DNA from: Neophaeotheca triangularis
Lineage: Eukaryota
Length of the DNA stretch: 64,000 nt
Assembly (NCBI GenBank): GCA_054600435.1
Contig: BAAIJX010000028.1
Location: 1 to 64,000 of the forward strand
Reading direction: 5' to 3'
In this document: in pieces, positions 23,558 through 35,822 of the stretch
How positions within the stretch are numbered: position 1 is the stretch's first letter
How the letters are laid out: each line of letters opens with the position of its first letter
Made by a program: the position numbers and the translations under genes
The notes under the pieces: generated by a model
Database searches by the model: none
Told to the model about the DNA's origin: nothing
What the model saw: only the letters and a program-made list of their open reading frames with translations

Positions 23558-26500
23558 ATGCATTCGTTTCTCCCCACGGCCTTGTGCCTCGCCCTCGTTG
23601 GCTTTTCAGACGCCCGTGTAGCGAACCCTTTCCGCCGAAACGAACAGCGCGATGCTGTTGCTGAACCAGAGACCGACTCGGGTGTTGAGTCTTGGTTCCA
23701 CAGCATCTTGAAGCGGACCGGTCTGGAGTCCCCTATCGAAGCTCGACAAGACGGTGCTTGCTTCGCAGATGAAATCTACAACTGGCTTTCGAATGATGCT
23801 TATGGCGAAGAATTTTGTCGCGGCTTCTTCGGATACCCTAATGTCACTAGCATCGTAGATGTGACATCTACAATGTACGGACTCCTCTTTTCTTATTCCT
23901 CGACATTTGCTGATATTGCTTTAGAACGACCAGCAATCTTGCTACCACCAATGTCATCACCCAAACCGACGTCGTGCGCACCACTCCCACCATCACCGTA
24001 ACAGTAACTGGGTCAAATGGCGTGGCCCAAAGACTAATGCCTCGCGTGACCGATATGGCGCGAAGGGATATCGAAGAGGATGTGTTTGAACGCGTCAAGC
24101 GACAGGAGAACGTGACTGAGCTTCTTTCGGCTACCGGCGAAGCGCTCCAAACAGGCCTTTCAAGCGCCTTCAGTAGTGCTTGTGGTTGCCAAACATTCCA
24201 AGGCTCAACGGTCACCGAGACATACACTCAGGATCCAGTCGTAAGTCTTGGTCCAGATCCGGTGGGAAGTATCACCGAATGCTAACCCCGACGAAGATCG
24301 TTACGGTCCCTGGCTTTGCCCGAACTACTTCTACAGTGTTCAACACCCTCCCAGCCCGAGCGGTAACCGTCTTTGTTACGATCGGTGTCAATGCTACGGC
24401 AACTTCTTCAGATGTCCCGACTCTGCCTACCACCGGCACAGGTGTAATTCCGACGGAAGAACCTGCCATCACCACAACGTTGACTTCGGAGCTGACAGTC
24501 ACCCCCATCCCAGGCACTCCTATCGAGGAGACCACGACTGTCACTCCTATCGACGGCACTCCTGTCGAAGAAGTCACGACGGTTTCTCCTACAGAAGACG
24601 CCCCTGTTGACGTGACCTTGACTGCCACAGCCACAGCCCCAGTTGAGCCTCAACCGACCGCCCCCGGGTTCGCATGCCCAGAAGATCACAATACTACTGT
24701 CAGCCAGCTTATCGGCAATGAGCGATTCGACTACAAAATCTTCTGCGACACCGACATTCTGGACGCCAACTCTTACACCGGATTGAGCTACGACACCTTC
24801 TCTGAATGCGTCGCAGCATGCTCGCTCGCCAACGGCGAATTCAATCAAGTTGTATGTGCTGGTATCGCCTACTACGAACAAGCCGGGTCTTGCTTCCTCA
24901 AATCTTCTGCCAACAACACCGTCTCAGCTCCGGGCGTCAACGCCGCCCTTCTAGCCCGCATTGCCGTTGGTATTAGCGATGGAGAGCCGCTTGGAACAAC
25001 TACTTCCAGCGCCTTCGGCGACATTACGGTTACCATGGATCTACCGGAACAGAGCTCGTCCATGTCTAGCATTCTGGAGAACAGCACCACGACGATCCCG
25101 ATCATTACCCCCGGACCGCAGATCCCAACTGGTGGTTTGATCGTCGACCCGGCGACCTCTTGGGATTGGGTTACTTTTGTCTCTGAAGGTCAAACGGTTA
25201 CTTCGTGGACTTCATGGGCAACATACTGGACCGAGTCCGGCATGTGGTACACTTCTTTCTGGTCGAGCTATGAGCTAGTCTGGTCATCCGCGACAACTGT
25301 CATTGGCGAAGGGGGTGGTGCGATTGCCACTGGGGGTGTTGGCGGCGGTGCTGGCGGTGGTTCTTCTTGGAACAGGACGGAAACTATCGTTAGCGAATCG
25401 ACAAACTGGTATTCGAACGGATCCTCGACGACGATCCAAATCATCACGGAAAATACCTACAACTCCGGCAACACACTCATTGGCTCTACAGCTACTACCG
25501 TTACTTATTACGCCGGAGCCACTGGTGGCGCAGGCGGCGGATCCGGTGGGGGAGCGATAGGCGGAGACGGTGGTATCATCACTGGTACTGGGGGGACGCC
25601 CATCGCCACCTTTGTTCCATCCTCCACCCAATTCGTTACTACGATCTCTGGCAACAGCACTGGCGGAGGTGCGGGCGGCGAAGGTGGTGGCGCTGGCTCA
25701 GGTGTGATTCCAACCCCAACCGGTCCCATCTTCGTCACAACCGAAATCAATACTTTTACGAGCATTGGCGGTAGTGGTGGTATCATCTCTGGAATCATCA
25801 CCCCTAGCGCTTCCAACGCCACGCTGCCTCTTCCGACCGAGACTGATGAGACTGTTCCGCCCTTCACAAACACGGAAGGTCCCCGCACCGGCACGGAAGA
25901 CGATGAGACCATGACTATGACCGAGAGCGTCCCGATTTTCACCAACACTGAGGGACCCCGCACTGGCACCGAGGACGAAGAAACCATGACCATGACCATA
26001 AGCCCTCCCAGCAACACCACGCTAGTCATTCCGACTGGCACCGGTGTGACCTCTGGTAACACCACTATCATTGTTCCCACCGGCACTGGCGTGATTCCTC
26101 CCAGCAACACAACAATAACCGTCCCGATCGGCACTGGCGTGACGACTGACCCGCCTTTTACCAACACCGAAGGACCCCGAACTGGTACAGAAGACGATGA
26201 GACTATGACAATGACCATGAGCATTCCTATCAACACGACAATTGTCTTCCCAACAGGCACCGGCGTGATCCCTCCTAGCAACACCACGATCACTCCTCCC
26301 AGCAACATCACCACCGTTTTCCCAACCGGCACCGGCGTCACAATTGACCCCCCATTCACCAACACCGAAGGTCCCCGCACCGGTACCGAAGACGAAGAAA
26401 CCATGACCATGACTATAAGCCCTCCCAGCAACACCACGACCATCTTCCCCACCCAACCGCCTCTCGTCACCGGCCCCACGACTTGCCCCAATGCCACCAC

Positions 26501-26651
26501 CGTCCTCGTCACCACCACCATCTTCGCAACTATGTCGCCAGAAGGCTGCCCCGAAACCTGCATTCCCAGGCCCTCTTACGGCGGCGGCCATGGCCCGGGA
26601 TATGGTTACGGTCCCGGAGGACCCCACTGGGGCCCGCCGTCTTGGTGGTAG
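23558..26651 (+). CDS. Large secreted Thr/Ser/Gly-rich protein with Cys-bonded N-terminal module, PAN/apple-like domain and tandem repeats; exons 23558-23874, 23925-24240, 24297-26651
   Basis: Signal peptide, dibasic sites, apple-type Cys pattern (FACP...IFCDTD...ECVAACS...CAGIAY...CFLKS), 4x FTNTEGPRTGTED(D/E)ETMTMT. Confidence 0.85.
25857..26430 (+). repeat. Coding tandem repeats (4 copies of a ~66-nt core, with PTGTGV/PPSNTT spacers)
   Basis: Copies begin near 25857, 25932, 26151 and 26349. Confidence 0.9.
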
Positions 26652-27589
26652 ACGGCGCCTCCGGGCTCGTCGGACGAGAACGGCGACGATGACGACGGGG
26701 GGAGTTGAGAGTGAGACAGTGAGAAGGGAGTTGTCTGCTTGTGTGTGAGTTGAGGATTGCGCGAAACTATTACTACGATTGTAACGGCAGCTTTTCTGGG
26801 TTTTGTAATTCTTGGGAGGATTTGGGAGAGGACAAGAAAGGGTGTGCGTCTGAGTTGTGCTGGTCATGAGCAGGCGTTTGTTCTGTCGGTCGCTTTTTGA
26901 TTAGTTCGGTTGAGTAGGATAAAATACGAGCGGAACTTTTATTGATGAAACTCGTCTCTTACGATCTCATGGCTCTCCTCTTTCGTCAATTGTCTTTTTT
27001 TAGACAGGCATGTACGAAGACTGCCTCTTGATGTCTGATTCCTCTCTGTCAAGTCGAGTGCTGGCTTCAACTTGTCTGCTTTCCTTGTGATGGTTCCTCG
27101 AAAACAGCTTCGACGCCGTCTCACTCCAAAGCCTATAGAGTTTCCGACAAAACGATCGACCCTGCCGATAACGAAGCGCTATATAGCCGACTCGTGCAAA
27201 GGAATAAAGCAAAATGCAGGCTAAAGCAAGCGTCACGTGAGCGCGCCTAACAACGCCACCTCATTGGCTGGCCGCAACGTCAACTGCACTACCTACTTCA
27301 CACCCAGCACCGGAAGAACGAAACCGAAACATGGAAAATGAAACTGTTCATAAACGTCGTTAAAAAGGCGCTACCTGGCCAAAACCCGCGCGCAATCTCG
27401 AAACTCCCCCCAGAAAGAAACGCCCCCGTTGTCCCGCGACCCAAACTGCCGCCTTCCCAGTAGAACGAACGACCAAGCGACAGCATCTGGCGCTAATCCA
27501 ATGGCCCTCAACCTCACAACCCCTTCAACCCCCTCCGTCTCACCACCCACTACAGCCCCCACTCGGCCCTCGCATTAGCAAAACTAACC

Positions 27590-27946
27590 TCAACAAGCAA
27601 CCCTCCTCCCATTGCCAATAGTATTATACCTCGCCTGCTTCTCAGCCATCAAGCCCTGAATCTCGCCACTCAAAGCCTTCATATCGCCATAACACTTTTC
27701 CAAACTGGCTTTGAAACGCTGCGGCTCGCGGCCCCAGCGCTGGTAATCGTCCTTGGCTTTGGCGAGTCTGCGCTGCTTGGCTTCGATCTTCTGGCACAGT
27801 TTGCACTTCTCCGCCAGCGGGAGCGTTTGGAAGACCATTTTCATGCCGCACGTTTCGCCCGTGCGGTATTCTTTTTGGCAGTGTTGGCGGAAGTTGCCCC
27901 ATTTCCAGTCGCGGCAGGCGTATTGGAACATTTCGTAGAAGCACAT
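27590..27946 (-). CDS. Small Cys-rich protein (118 aa) with C-terminal coiled coil
   Basis: MCFY...ACRDWKWGNFRQHCQKEYRTGETCGMK...CKLC; good ATG context; recalled as resembling a conserved Pezizomycotina hypothetical family (not searched). Confidence 0.8.
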   Translation of the reverse strand: MCFYEMFQYACRDWKWGNFRQHCQKEYRTGETCGMKMVFQTLPLAEKCKLCQKIEAKQRRLAKAKDDYQRWGREPQRFKASLEKCYGDMKALSGEIQGLMAEKQARYNTIGNGRRVAC

Positions 27947-30900
27947 GATGGGAGGGGTCTGGGCTGCGATGGGGTGTTAGTGGGGTGGGTTGGGGATCGA
28001 GTGGGGTTGTTTCAGGTTGCTTTTTGCTTACTGTAGGGGGTTGGAAAGTTGGGTCGGGCTTGGTTTTGGTGACGTGCTGGAGGTATGAGGTTCCGGGAGC
28101 GTGTTGTCCTGGCCAACCAAGTTGGGTTGTTAGTGAAGCCGGGCTAGGGCCGGAGTAGGTGGAGGGGGAAGGTGGTGTTGTTGCCTTGGTATGAGGCTTG
28201 ATGGATGGAGACGTCACGATGCTTTTGTAGGAACCGAAGGGGCAAGATGGAAGAACATACAGAAGCCAATCGCTTGGTGGAAGACGATTGTTGAGAGGAG
28301 ACTAAAGTGCTGGTGTCGTCGATGGGGAACAGAAGACTGTCCTGAACCGTCCGTCGAGCCGGTATTTATGCCTTCTCGCCTTTGGGCCAGCTCCTTATCG
28401 ATCGACCACGACGAGCCTTCGTCCGACCCTCCTCCGACAGCGACATGTTCCACCCTTGCTGCATTGCTGCAGCTTCGTTGTCACTACCTCGCTTGCATCG
28501 GGCCAACTACATCCATCGGGGCCCACGGGTCTCCACCGTAGCGAGCTAGATCGCTCTCGACGGTAGCTGCAATGGGCACCCTAAGCGTCGCCGGTCGTTC
28601 CAGTCCTGCATCATGATATTGCTTTCACACCGGATCAACGCCGTCGTGGCTCCTTCCCCGCCTATAGATGTCGCGCGGAGGTATATCCCTCACGTTGCTT
28701 TTCGTATGTGGCCCCACAGCACCAAAGGTGACGGCAGTGTTGAAGTTTGCTGGGCTTGCGGGTGAGGTGAGGTTTGTCGACGTATATTGGCTTTGTCCCG
28801 ATCACGTGCCCAAAACGCCGAGGCTACGATATGTCAAGCGATATAGGCGTGTATGTGACTTGATAGTTCCCATTGGCTTAAGCAAAAATTTCAACCACCT
28901 TTCATAGCTGCTTCTGACGACGTCCCCTATAACGCCGAGCTCGGTGGTAGGTGAGTCTGCCCGTAATAGCATGGCGCCTCAGGCAGACATTCGTGCTCTT
29001 TGACAGGGTTTGCCTCAAGTCTTTCGGCATCGTACCGGACCGATGATCGTCGACCTGGACATCGAGTGACGGCACGATGGCATGCTTGCGCTCTGGAACT
29101 CCGTGGAGGTGGTATCGTGGGCGGGAGGGCAACCGTAGGCTAATGCTTGGGCATTCGATCCGGACTTTCACTTGCATGGTACAAGCACGAAGACCCTGGC
29201 GACCACCCTCCTCAGCTACGACGGTGATGCACGACCTAGCCGTTGCCCACCAGTCACCTTACCGACTGACGCTGCAGGAAGTCGTCTCGAACCACCCTAG
29301 CGTCAAAGGCTGTCCTTCATTGGCAACATAATGGAGCCCTCTGCATGTACCACGCATGGAGCTTCCCGTTGATAGCGCTCAGGTGATCGTTCCCAGCTCT
29401 TTACGGCCTGCAGAGTCCCGTTGCCGGGTGACTTTTGGCCACTGGCGAGCCAGTCTAAAGAGCCGGGTTGTCCTAGCTCGAGCTTCGGTTGAGAGTCAAT
29501 GCAAGGCTGGGGCCTTCTCTGGCGAAGGGGCGCTCTTCGGCCTCGACAGCATGGAAAGGCTAGATTCGACCAAGCTCTCTCCGCCTTGTGACGTGGCAGG
29601 ACGGGTATGGTGGGTTGCTGGATGCTACATTGGTAGCTCTGGATTGCGTTTATCAGCGCAGAGTTTTGCAAGCCATGTGTCAAAGCCGAGCTGCTTACGC
29701 TGGCGGATAGAGCGAGCCCACGACCAATCTACTTCACGGAATCATGTAACTCGTTGACTTTCAATCCGTGCCCAGAGGTGCGACGGAATGCTGGCTTTGC
29801 AAACCCCCATCAGATCGTTGCTCGTGCTCGAGGGAGGCGGCAGATGTAGCACTTTCTGAGTTCTCCTCTGAGAGCACGCAAGAGGTAGTAATGAGCTGCA
29901 CCCAAACGACCCTATCACGGTCCGCCTGTCTTCGTCAAGCCTTTGACGACCTCCTCACGTCCAGCCACCGGGTAAGCGCTCTTACTCTCAGTGTCAGTCG
30001 TAGCCGGACTTAAATTACCTGCATGTCCGTATACTGAGATGGTTGGCAAATGCACTGACGTTTTGCGGCGCGGCGTTGAGGCAGAGCGCCGACTGCAGAT
30101 ATTGAGGTGGCTAGCACCAATCAGTGCCGGGACAGATTCGCTCAGCGACGGCAGCAGCTCGCTGAGCCTCCCTCGACATGTCTGCAAGTATTTAGTGAAG
30201 AAGGAAAATTGATTGGGTCACAGAAGACGGTGCGCAGACGAAAGGTGCTCGAGGCGGAGCAGAAGGGTTGGTGCGGCGACGTCAGAATTTACTACCTGCA
30301 AGTGCGTTTCCTAGCACCAGGCTCAAGTCACATGAATGTAGCGTGACGCCCGGCTGTGGACCTGGCAGCCTGAGGATGGAGACGGCCCACGACGACGCGC
30401 AGGGGGTCGAAGTCCTCTGATGAATCCCCTCTGTGCATCAGCAGCATGTACTGTACATAGGAGGAGGAGGTACAAGAGGTAGTAGGTTGCTAGTGCGGTG
30501 GATACTGTTGCGGAATCATTATTGGTGCGCTGGCAGCGGTCTGCAGCTGACGCGGCCAATGGGAGCATTTTGGGCCTGCGTGCTTTTTTTTTTGGTAGCC
30601 CGCGTACCTGCGTGAGTTCGCGCTCGTCTCTTGTACCTAGGGAGAGAGAGAGAGAAGGGGGAGGGGGGGGGAGAGAGAGAGGGTGGGAGACGTAGGTAAG
30701 GCATTGACTACGTTATCAAAGCCGCGGGTTCCAGCAAGACCAGTGGAATTGACGCTGTGTTTCAAGCGTGAGGCACTGTAGGATTCAGGAAGCCGAGACG
30801 AAATGTTATTGTTGACGGCGAACTGCTGGGGCACAAAGTCAAAAAAAACAAATGTACGAGCTGCCGGTAGATGGAGTTGAGGATTTCCTAGACCTGTCCG

Positions 30901-31415
30901 CTGCAGGGTGACCTTGGTCCAGAGTCTAACATTCGAGGAGGCTGGTCCAGTTCCACCCTGGATGGGGATTCGGATATTTTTGCCTCGTATACGTGAAATG
31001 CTGTCGACGGTCATGCATATTCGGCGATATTCAGCATTGTTCCATTATTACTCCATTATTCCATTTACTTCAAAATCTCCCACGGCGCTTAGTTAATACT
31101 AGACAGTGAGTTAGGGCAGGGGGTCGACGATAGATTGGAATAATGAGGACCTCGGGAGGCAGACGGTCGGTGAAGTGAAACGTTAACCATGAATGCCAAG
31201 ACCGATTGTTCGGAACCTACGAGGTACAAGGCTACAAGGCTACCTGTTCCATTCCAAGTTGATCACTATGACAATACTCCCGAAAGCCGAAAGCAGAGAG
31301 CAGAGAGCAGAAAGCAGCCTCAAACTTCACCCAGCTAACACAACCAACACTACTACAGCTACCACCATCCATAGCTGCAAGTGGTGCAATAGCGGGCGGG
31401 ATTCGGGCGACAACC

Positions 31416-32198
31416 ATGCCGAAAACAACCACTCCGCCCCTTCTCCACGCACCTCTCTCCCTACAGAGCCTACCCGACGAGCTCCTCCTCCAGATCCTCC
31501 AACACCTAGACCTCCCCGAACTGCTCTCAACGTCCCGCGTACGCTACTAACCCAGCAGCATTCCAACAAAGAACCCCAACAATCACTAACGAGCGCAGAC
31601 ATGCCGCCGATTCCGCGCCCTGTCCCTAGACCCCTTGCTCCACCGCCTCAGACTCCGCCACTCCTCGCGCTCAGTCAACTACCTGCTACCCCGACGCCCT
31701 CCTCTGCAGGCCCTCCAGCCCCCCAACTCTACCATCTACTTGACCAAAACGCACTTGGCGGCGCGACGGCTTCATTGGTCGCTCGTGAGTATCCGGCTCA
31801 ACCGCTCACTCTCCCGTAGGCCGAAGCTGTCGACCCTGGTCTCGGCCAATATCCTGCCGGAAGAGTGTTGTAAGCTTGATCCCAGGTCGGGAGAGGTGGT
31901 GTGGGGTAATGGCCTGGCTGGGGGGCTTGTAGAGCGGAAGCGGAGAGTGGAGAGGGAGATCGTCAAGGAGGGCCTGCGGGTTTGGCTGGAGCGGAAAGCT
32001 CGGGAGATTCGTGCGAGGAGAAGGGAGGGCGTGGGCGTTGGCGTGCTCGTTTGGCGGTTTTCGAGGCGGTTAAAGTTGGGTGATGCTCGGGGTGTGGGGG
32101 ATGCTTGGCCTGAGCGGCCGAAGAAGGAGAGGGTTACGGGACTTCGGCGCTTTTGGGAGGGTATGGGTAGGGAGGATGGTGCTGTGAGGGCTGGGTAG
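31416..32198 (+). CDS. F-box protein with RPEL-like repeats; exons 31416-31538, 31599-32198
   Basis: LQSLPDELLLQILQHLDLPELLSTSR|TCRRFRAL F-box spanning a GTACGC...CTAAC...CAG intron; LNRSLSRRPKLSTLVSANILP. Confidence 0.85.
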
Positions 32199-32976
32199 GT
32201 CATGGTGCACCGTAATGATGTAGCCGGGAGTGTTTCATAAGTTCGATGAGGTAGGTGCCATTTGCTATCATGTGTATGCCACGTGATTGGTGGTTTTGTC
32301 AAGTGGTATAAGCTCAATAAGGAAGAAGTGAGTTGCTTTTCTCAAATGGCAAAGGTCAAGCGAACCGTGCAAAGCGTGCAAAACATGGTAGTCTGTCTCC
32401 CATTCTGTCAATTCTTTTGCTCAAATTTTCCTATCCTATGACCTAAAGCAGCAGGGTTGATCGATACCCCTGAAATAGGTATCTCTCTTTTCTAATGCCA
32501 CCCAACACGATCACATACCGCTTTACAGTCTCGAGCCAGCCAACAGTCGAAGCAGTTTCGCACCGCCAGCGAATCCAGCACATCTAACCGCAACCAACGT
32601 CGTGGCTCTCCAATGTTGCCTCTGCACGCACTCTTTGGGTGCGGCTCTCCCAGTGAGACTGACACCTCGATTCAAGCGCTTCTCGTCATCGATTTCGTAC
32701 AGCTCAAAACACCCCGAAAGACATTGCGTCGGGAGCGCCTATCACTTCCAACGTTGGCTCAAACCCCAAATGTCCAATCTGGTCATTGCTTTTTGCGTAG
32801 CTTCCAAGACATTCACGTCTTCTTACCCTTGAGCCTCAACGGAAAAAACCCACGATATCACGACTCGCAAAGGGTTCGCAACCCGGCAGCGCCGGTGTGA
32901 GGCATCGTCGCTCCCTGATATAGCGCTCCTAAATCCGAGCTAGGACTATCAAGCACGACAATCAGTGTACTGGTCT

Positions 32977-33079
32977 CTCGCTCGGCCAGGAGGCAAAGAG
33001 GAGGTGCCATTTTTCCCCTTTTGATCCTCGCTCGGCCAGGAGGCAAAGAGGCTCTGCCAATCTTCCCCTTTTGATCCTT
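32977..33079. repeat. Tandem duplication of ~50 bp (CTCGCTCGGCCAGGAGGCAAAGAGG...TTCCCCTTTTGATCCT x2)
   Basis: Two near-identical adjacent copies. Confidence 0.9.
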
Positions 33080-33985
33080 GGCGCGAAAACTTTTGTTGGT
33101 AATAGGTCGAGGTACAGTCTCCCAGGTGTGCGAGTGGAGCAAGAGTTCTTCTGGTAATGCCGCACGCCTGGTGCAGAGGGCGCGTAGATTTGGCTGCGCC
33201 AGGGATGGAAGTCCTGCTTCGGTGGAGGGGTGTTATATGGGTGGCTTCTGGTCCGCGGTAATGCCAAAAGGGGTCCGCTATGCAGAAGAGAAGGCCTTGG
33301 TCGCTGAAATCGTAAGTCCTGCAGGTCGGCGATTCCATCTATCTTTCTATTGCTATTTCAGTCTTCTAATGTCGACAAACAGGCTGCTGTCTCCAGCGGT
33401 CATGCGTGTCATAGTCGTATGTCATTTGCAAGATTTGGTAGAGGTCTTTGTCTGGGAGAGCTATGGGTGGTGAGGGTTGCTTGGGAAAAGGGGGAGCGTT
33501 GAGGCCCAGGAGAACCGGTCATGGGCCGTTTAAGATGTCAGTTCTGAGGTTAAGGGGACTCTGGCTGCTTGGTTGAGGACGCTGCTATTGCTTTGCTGTG
33601 TTCCAGTATGGTGTGCCCAGAGGTCTGCAGGTGATCTGTTCGACAAGGTGCTAAGGGTAGCGCTCGTCGGACAAGGCTGCAGATAGTCCAGTTGAGCGAG
33701 CGGCTGGGGGTGCGGTATGTGGAATATGCTCAGGGGTCGTTGGATATGCTGGAGATTTACTATGGAAAGGGGCAATCGATGAGATCTCTGGCGCATCTGT
33801 TACAAATCACCTCATCAAGCCGGATCTCTCTGACCCCCCCTGAAACGGAACATTCGCAACCTCACCTCACCGTCGTCCACTTGGAGGTTACCAGCCCTTG
33901 GCGACGTCACGCCGTCCCCACCACTATTGTCACGGTTGCCAGGCGACGCAACAATAGACTACAGGACCTGCTGACTCACTCCCGC

Positions 33986-34024
33986 GGTGAGCTTTTCGAG
34001 GTGAGCTTTTCGAGGTGAGCTTTT
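33986..34024. repeat. 14-bp tandem repeat GGTGAGCTTTTCGA (~3 copies) upstream of an orphan gene
   Basis: Directly visible. Confidence 0.85.
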
Positions 34025-34204
34025 TGCGTACATAGGCAACTTCTGCTCGCTCCTTTAACTTCTTTTCTTCCTCTTCCTCTCTCCAACGAAGACAACACCA
34101 CCACTGCAACTGCAACAATCACTGCCACCACCACCACGACAACAACATCATCAACAAACTCTCCTCCTCCTCACACCACCAATACCACAACCGCAACCGC
34201 AACA

Positions 34205-35822
34205 ATGACGTTTGCCGGTTTCCTCGCCATGATCCTCGCGCTCTACTTCTTCACCACCATCCGCGACGCAGGCCACAGCGTCGTCGAATACATTGAAGAC
34301 GCCATGTGCGAGATGGACCCGGTCTTCTCCCTCTGCGTCATCCCCTGGACCATCGCCGCCATCCTCGCCGACCTCACCTCTTATTACTGGGAGCGTCGTA
34401 TTGCCCCTGGTGGCCTCCTCCCCGCCCTTCTCTACCTCATCTCTCTCCTCGACTTCGACTACTCGGTTACCTGTGCCCCACCGTCCGCGCCTTCCGCTTG
34501 GCGCGCATCTCCTGCTGGCATGGCCTGGACATACGCCGGCATGGTTCTGTCCATTGCCTGCAAGATCCTCGCCTTCGCCTTGTTGAGATGCCCCGGAAAG
34601 GCTGCGAAGTGGGCCTCAAGCAGGGCCGTGGACGTCGAGTCGTGTACCGCCTCATCGCCACCACTCTCTCCCATCGGTGCTGTCCCTGGCAGTTACCCTT
34701 GGCCTCCCTCCCCTACCCCTCAGCGCGTCTCGCAGACCAGCGGAACTACCATCTCTGCTCCCTTTGCCTCTCAGGCCGGCCCGTCGAAGGTCCAGCAGGT
34801 CCCGCCGCAAGGCGTCGCTCCTGTTGGTACTGGAGGGTCGGCCATTGGTGGTCGCCCATCTAGCCTGGCACCGTCGCAAGACCGTGCCTACGGCAGTGGC
34901 GGAAGGACTGCGAGCGCGTCGTCGTGGCATGGGGGGGCGGCGGCTCCGTACAGGGGTGCGCGTAAGCATGCGTTGATCGGGCCAGCGAGCCCGCGGAAAG
35001 AGCCCGAGGCTCCCAAGCCGACTCCCTGGGCCCAGGAGATCGCGAGGAAGAGGGAGGCTGCCCTCGCCTCGACCGCCAGGGCCCAAGAAGCCCAAGAGCT
35101 TGCCGACTTCGAGGCGTACAAGCTCGCGGCCGTGTGCAAACACGCCGAGCGGGAGAGGCTCATTCGCCTGCTCGCGGCTGGGTGGAAGGAGCCCTGTGGC
35201 ACGAAGGTGAGGAACTGCCTCGACTTCGTGACCATTGGGGGGAAGACCTGTGTCGAGGTGACCAGCTTGGCGGGGATCACCTGCCGCTCGGACGTCCCAA
35301 TCGCGCCCGTGATTCTGGAGGTAAGTCTTGCTCTCGGCCGTTCTCCATCATTGATCAATTGCTAACTTCCACTAGCTCGAAGCCCAGATATGGCACCCGA
35401 AGCCGGGCTTTTGGTCGAACCAAGCCGCCGCCGCCCTCTATTTCTACCAGGGGGTGGAGCCGGTGGGGTACGGGGTTGTCACCGACATCTACAAGCAGAT
35501 GCGCGGCGATCAGCCCCAGTAGCAACAACAACAACAGCAGCAGCAGCACATCCTGCAGTGCCTGCAGGTACTGCAGCAGCAACAACAACAGCAGCAAGAG
35601 CAAGAGCAGGAGCGGCAGCGCCAGGCTAGGATGGCCGTCATGAAGGCGGCCGCCGTAGCCTCTTCGGAGAGGGCGCAAGCGGCGAAAGCCGCCAGGGAGC
35701 AGGAGGAGAGGGAGAAGGAGGAGAGCCGGCTCGCCGCCCTCGCCACTCGCCCCAACCCTTCGACCTTCTCGGCTGGTGGCGCGGCCAAGAAGCAGGGGGT
35801 CATCGGTTTTACCATGGCCTAA
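34205..35822 (+). CDS. Orphan membrane-associated protein, exons 34205-35320 and 35376-35822, with an in-frame TAG at 35520-35522 (truncated, read-through or pseudogene)
   Basis: Hydrophobic N-terminal segments, GTAAGT/GCTAAC/TAG intron; frame continues 99 codons beyond the TAG as polyQ plus coiled coil. Confidence 0.6.

Noticed and set aside
25508..26563. 351-aa Val-rich antisense ORF
   Set aside because: Mirror of the Thr-rich repeat gene
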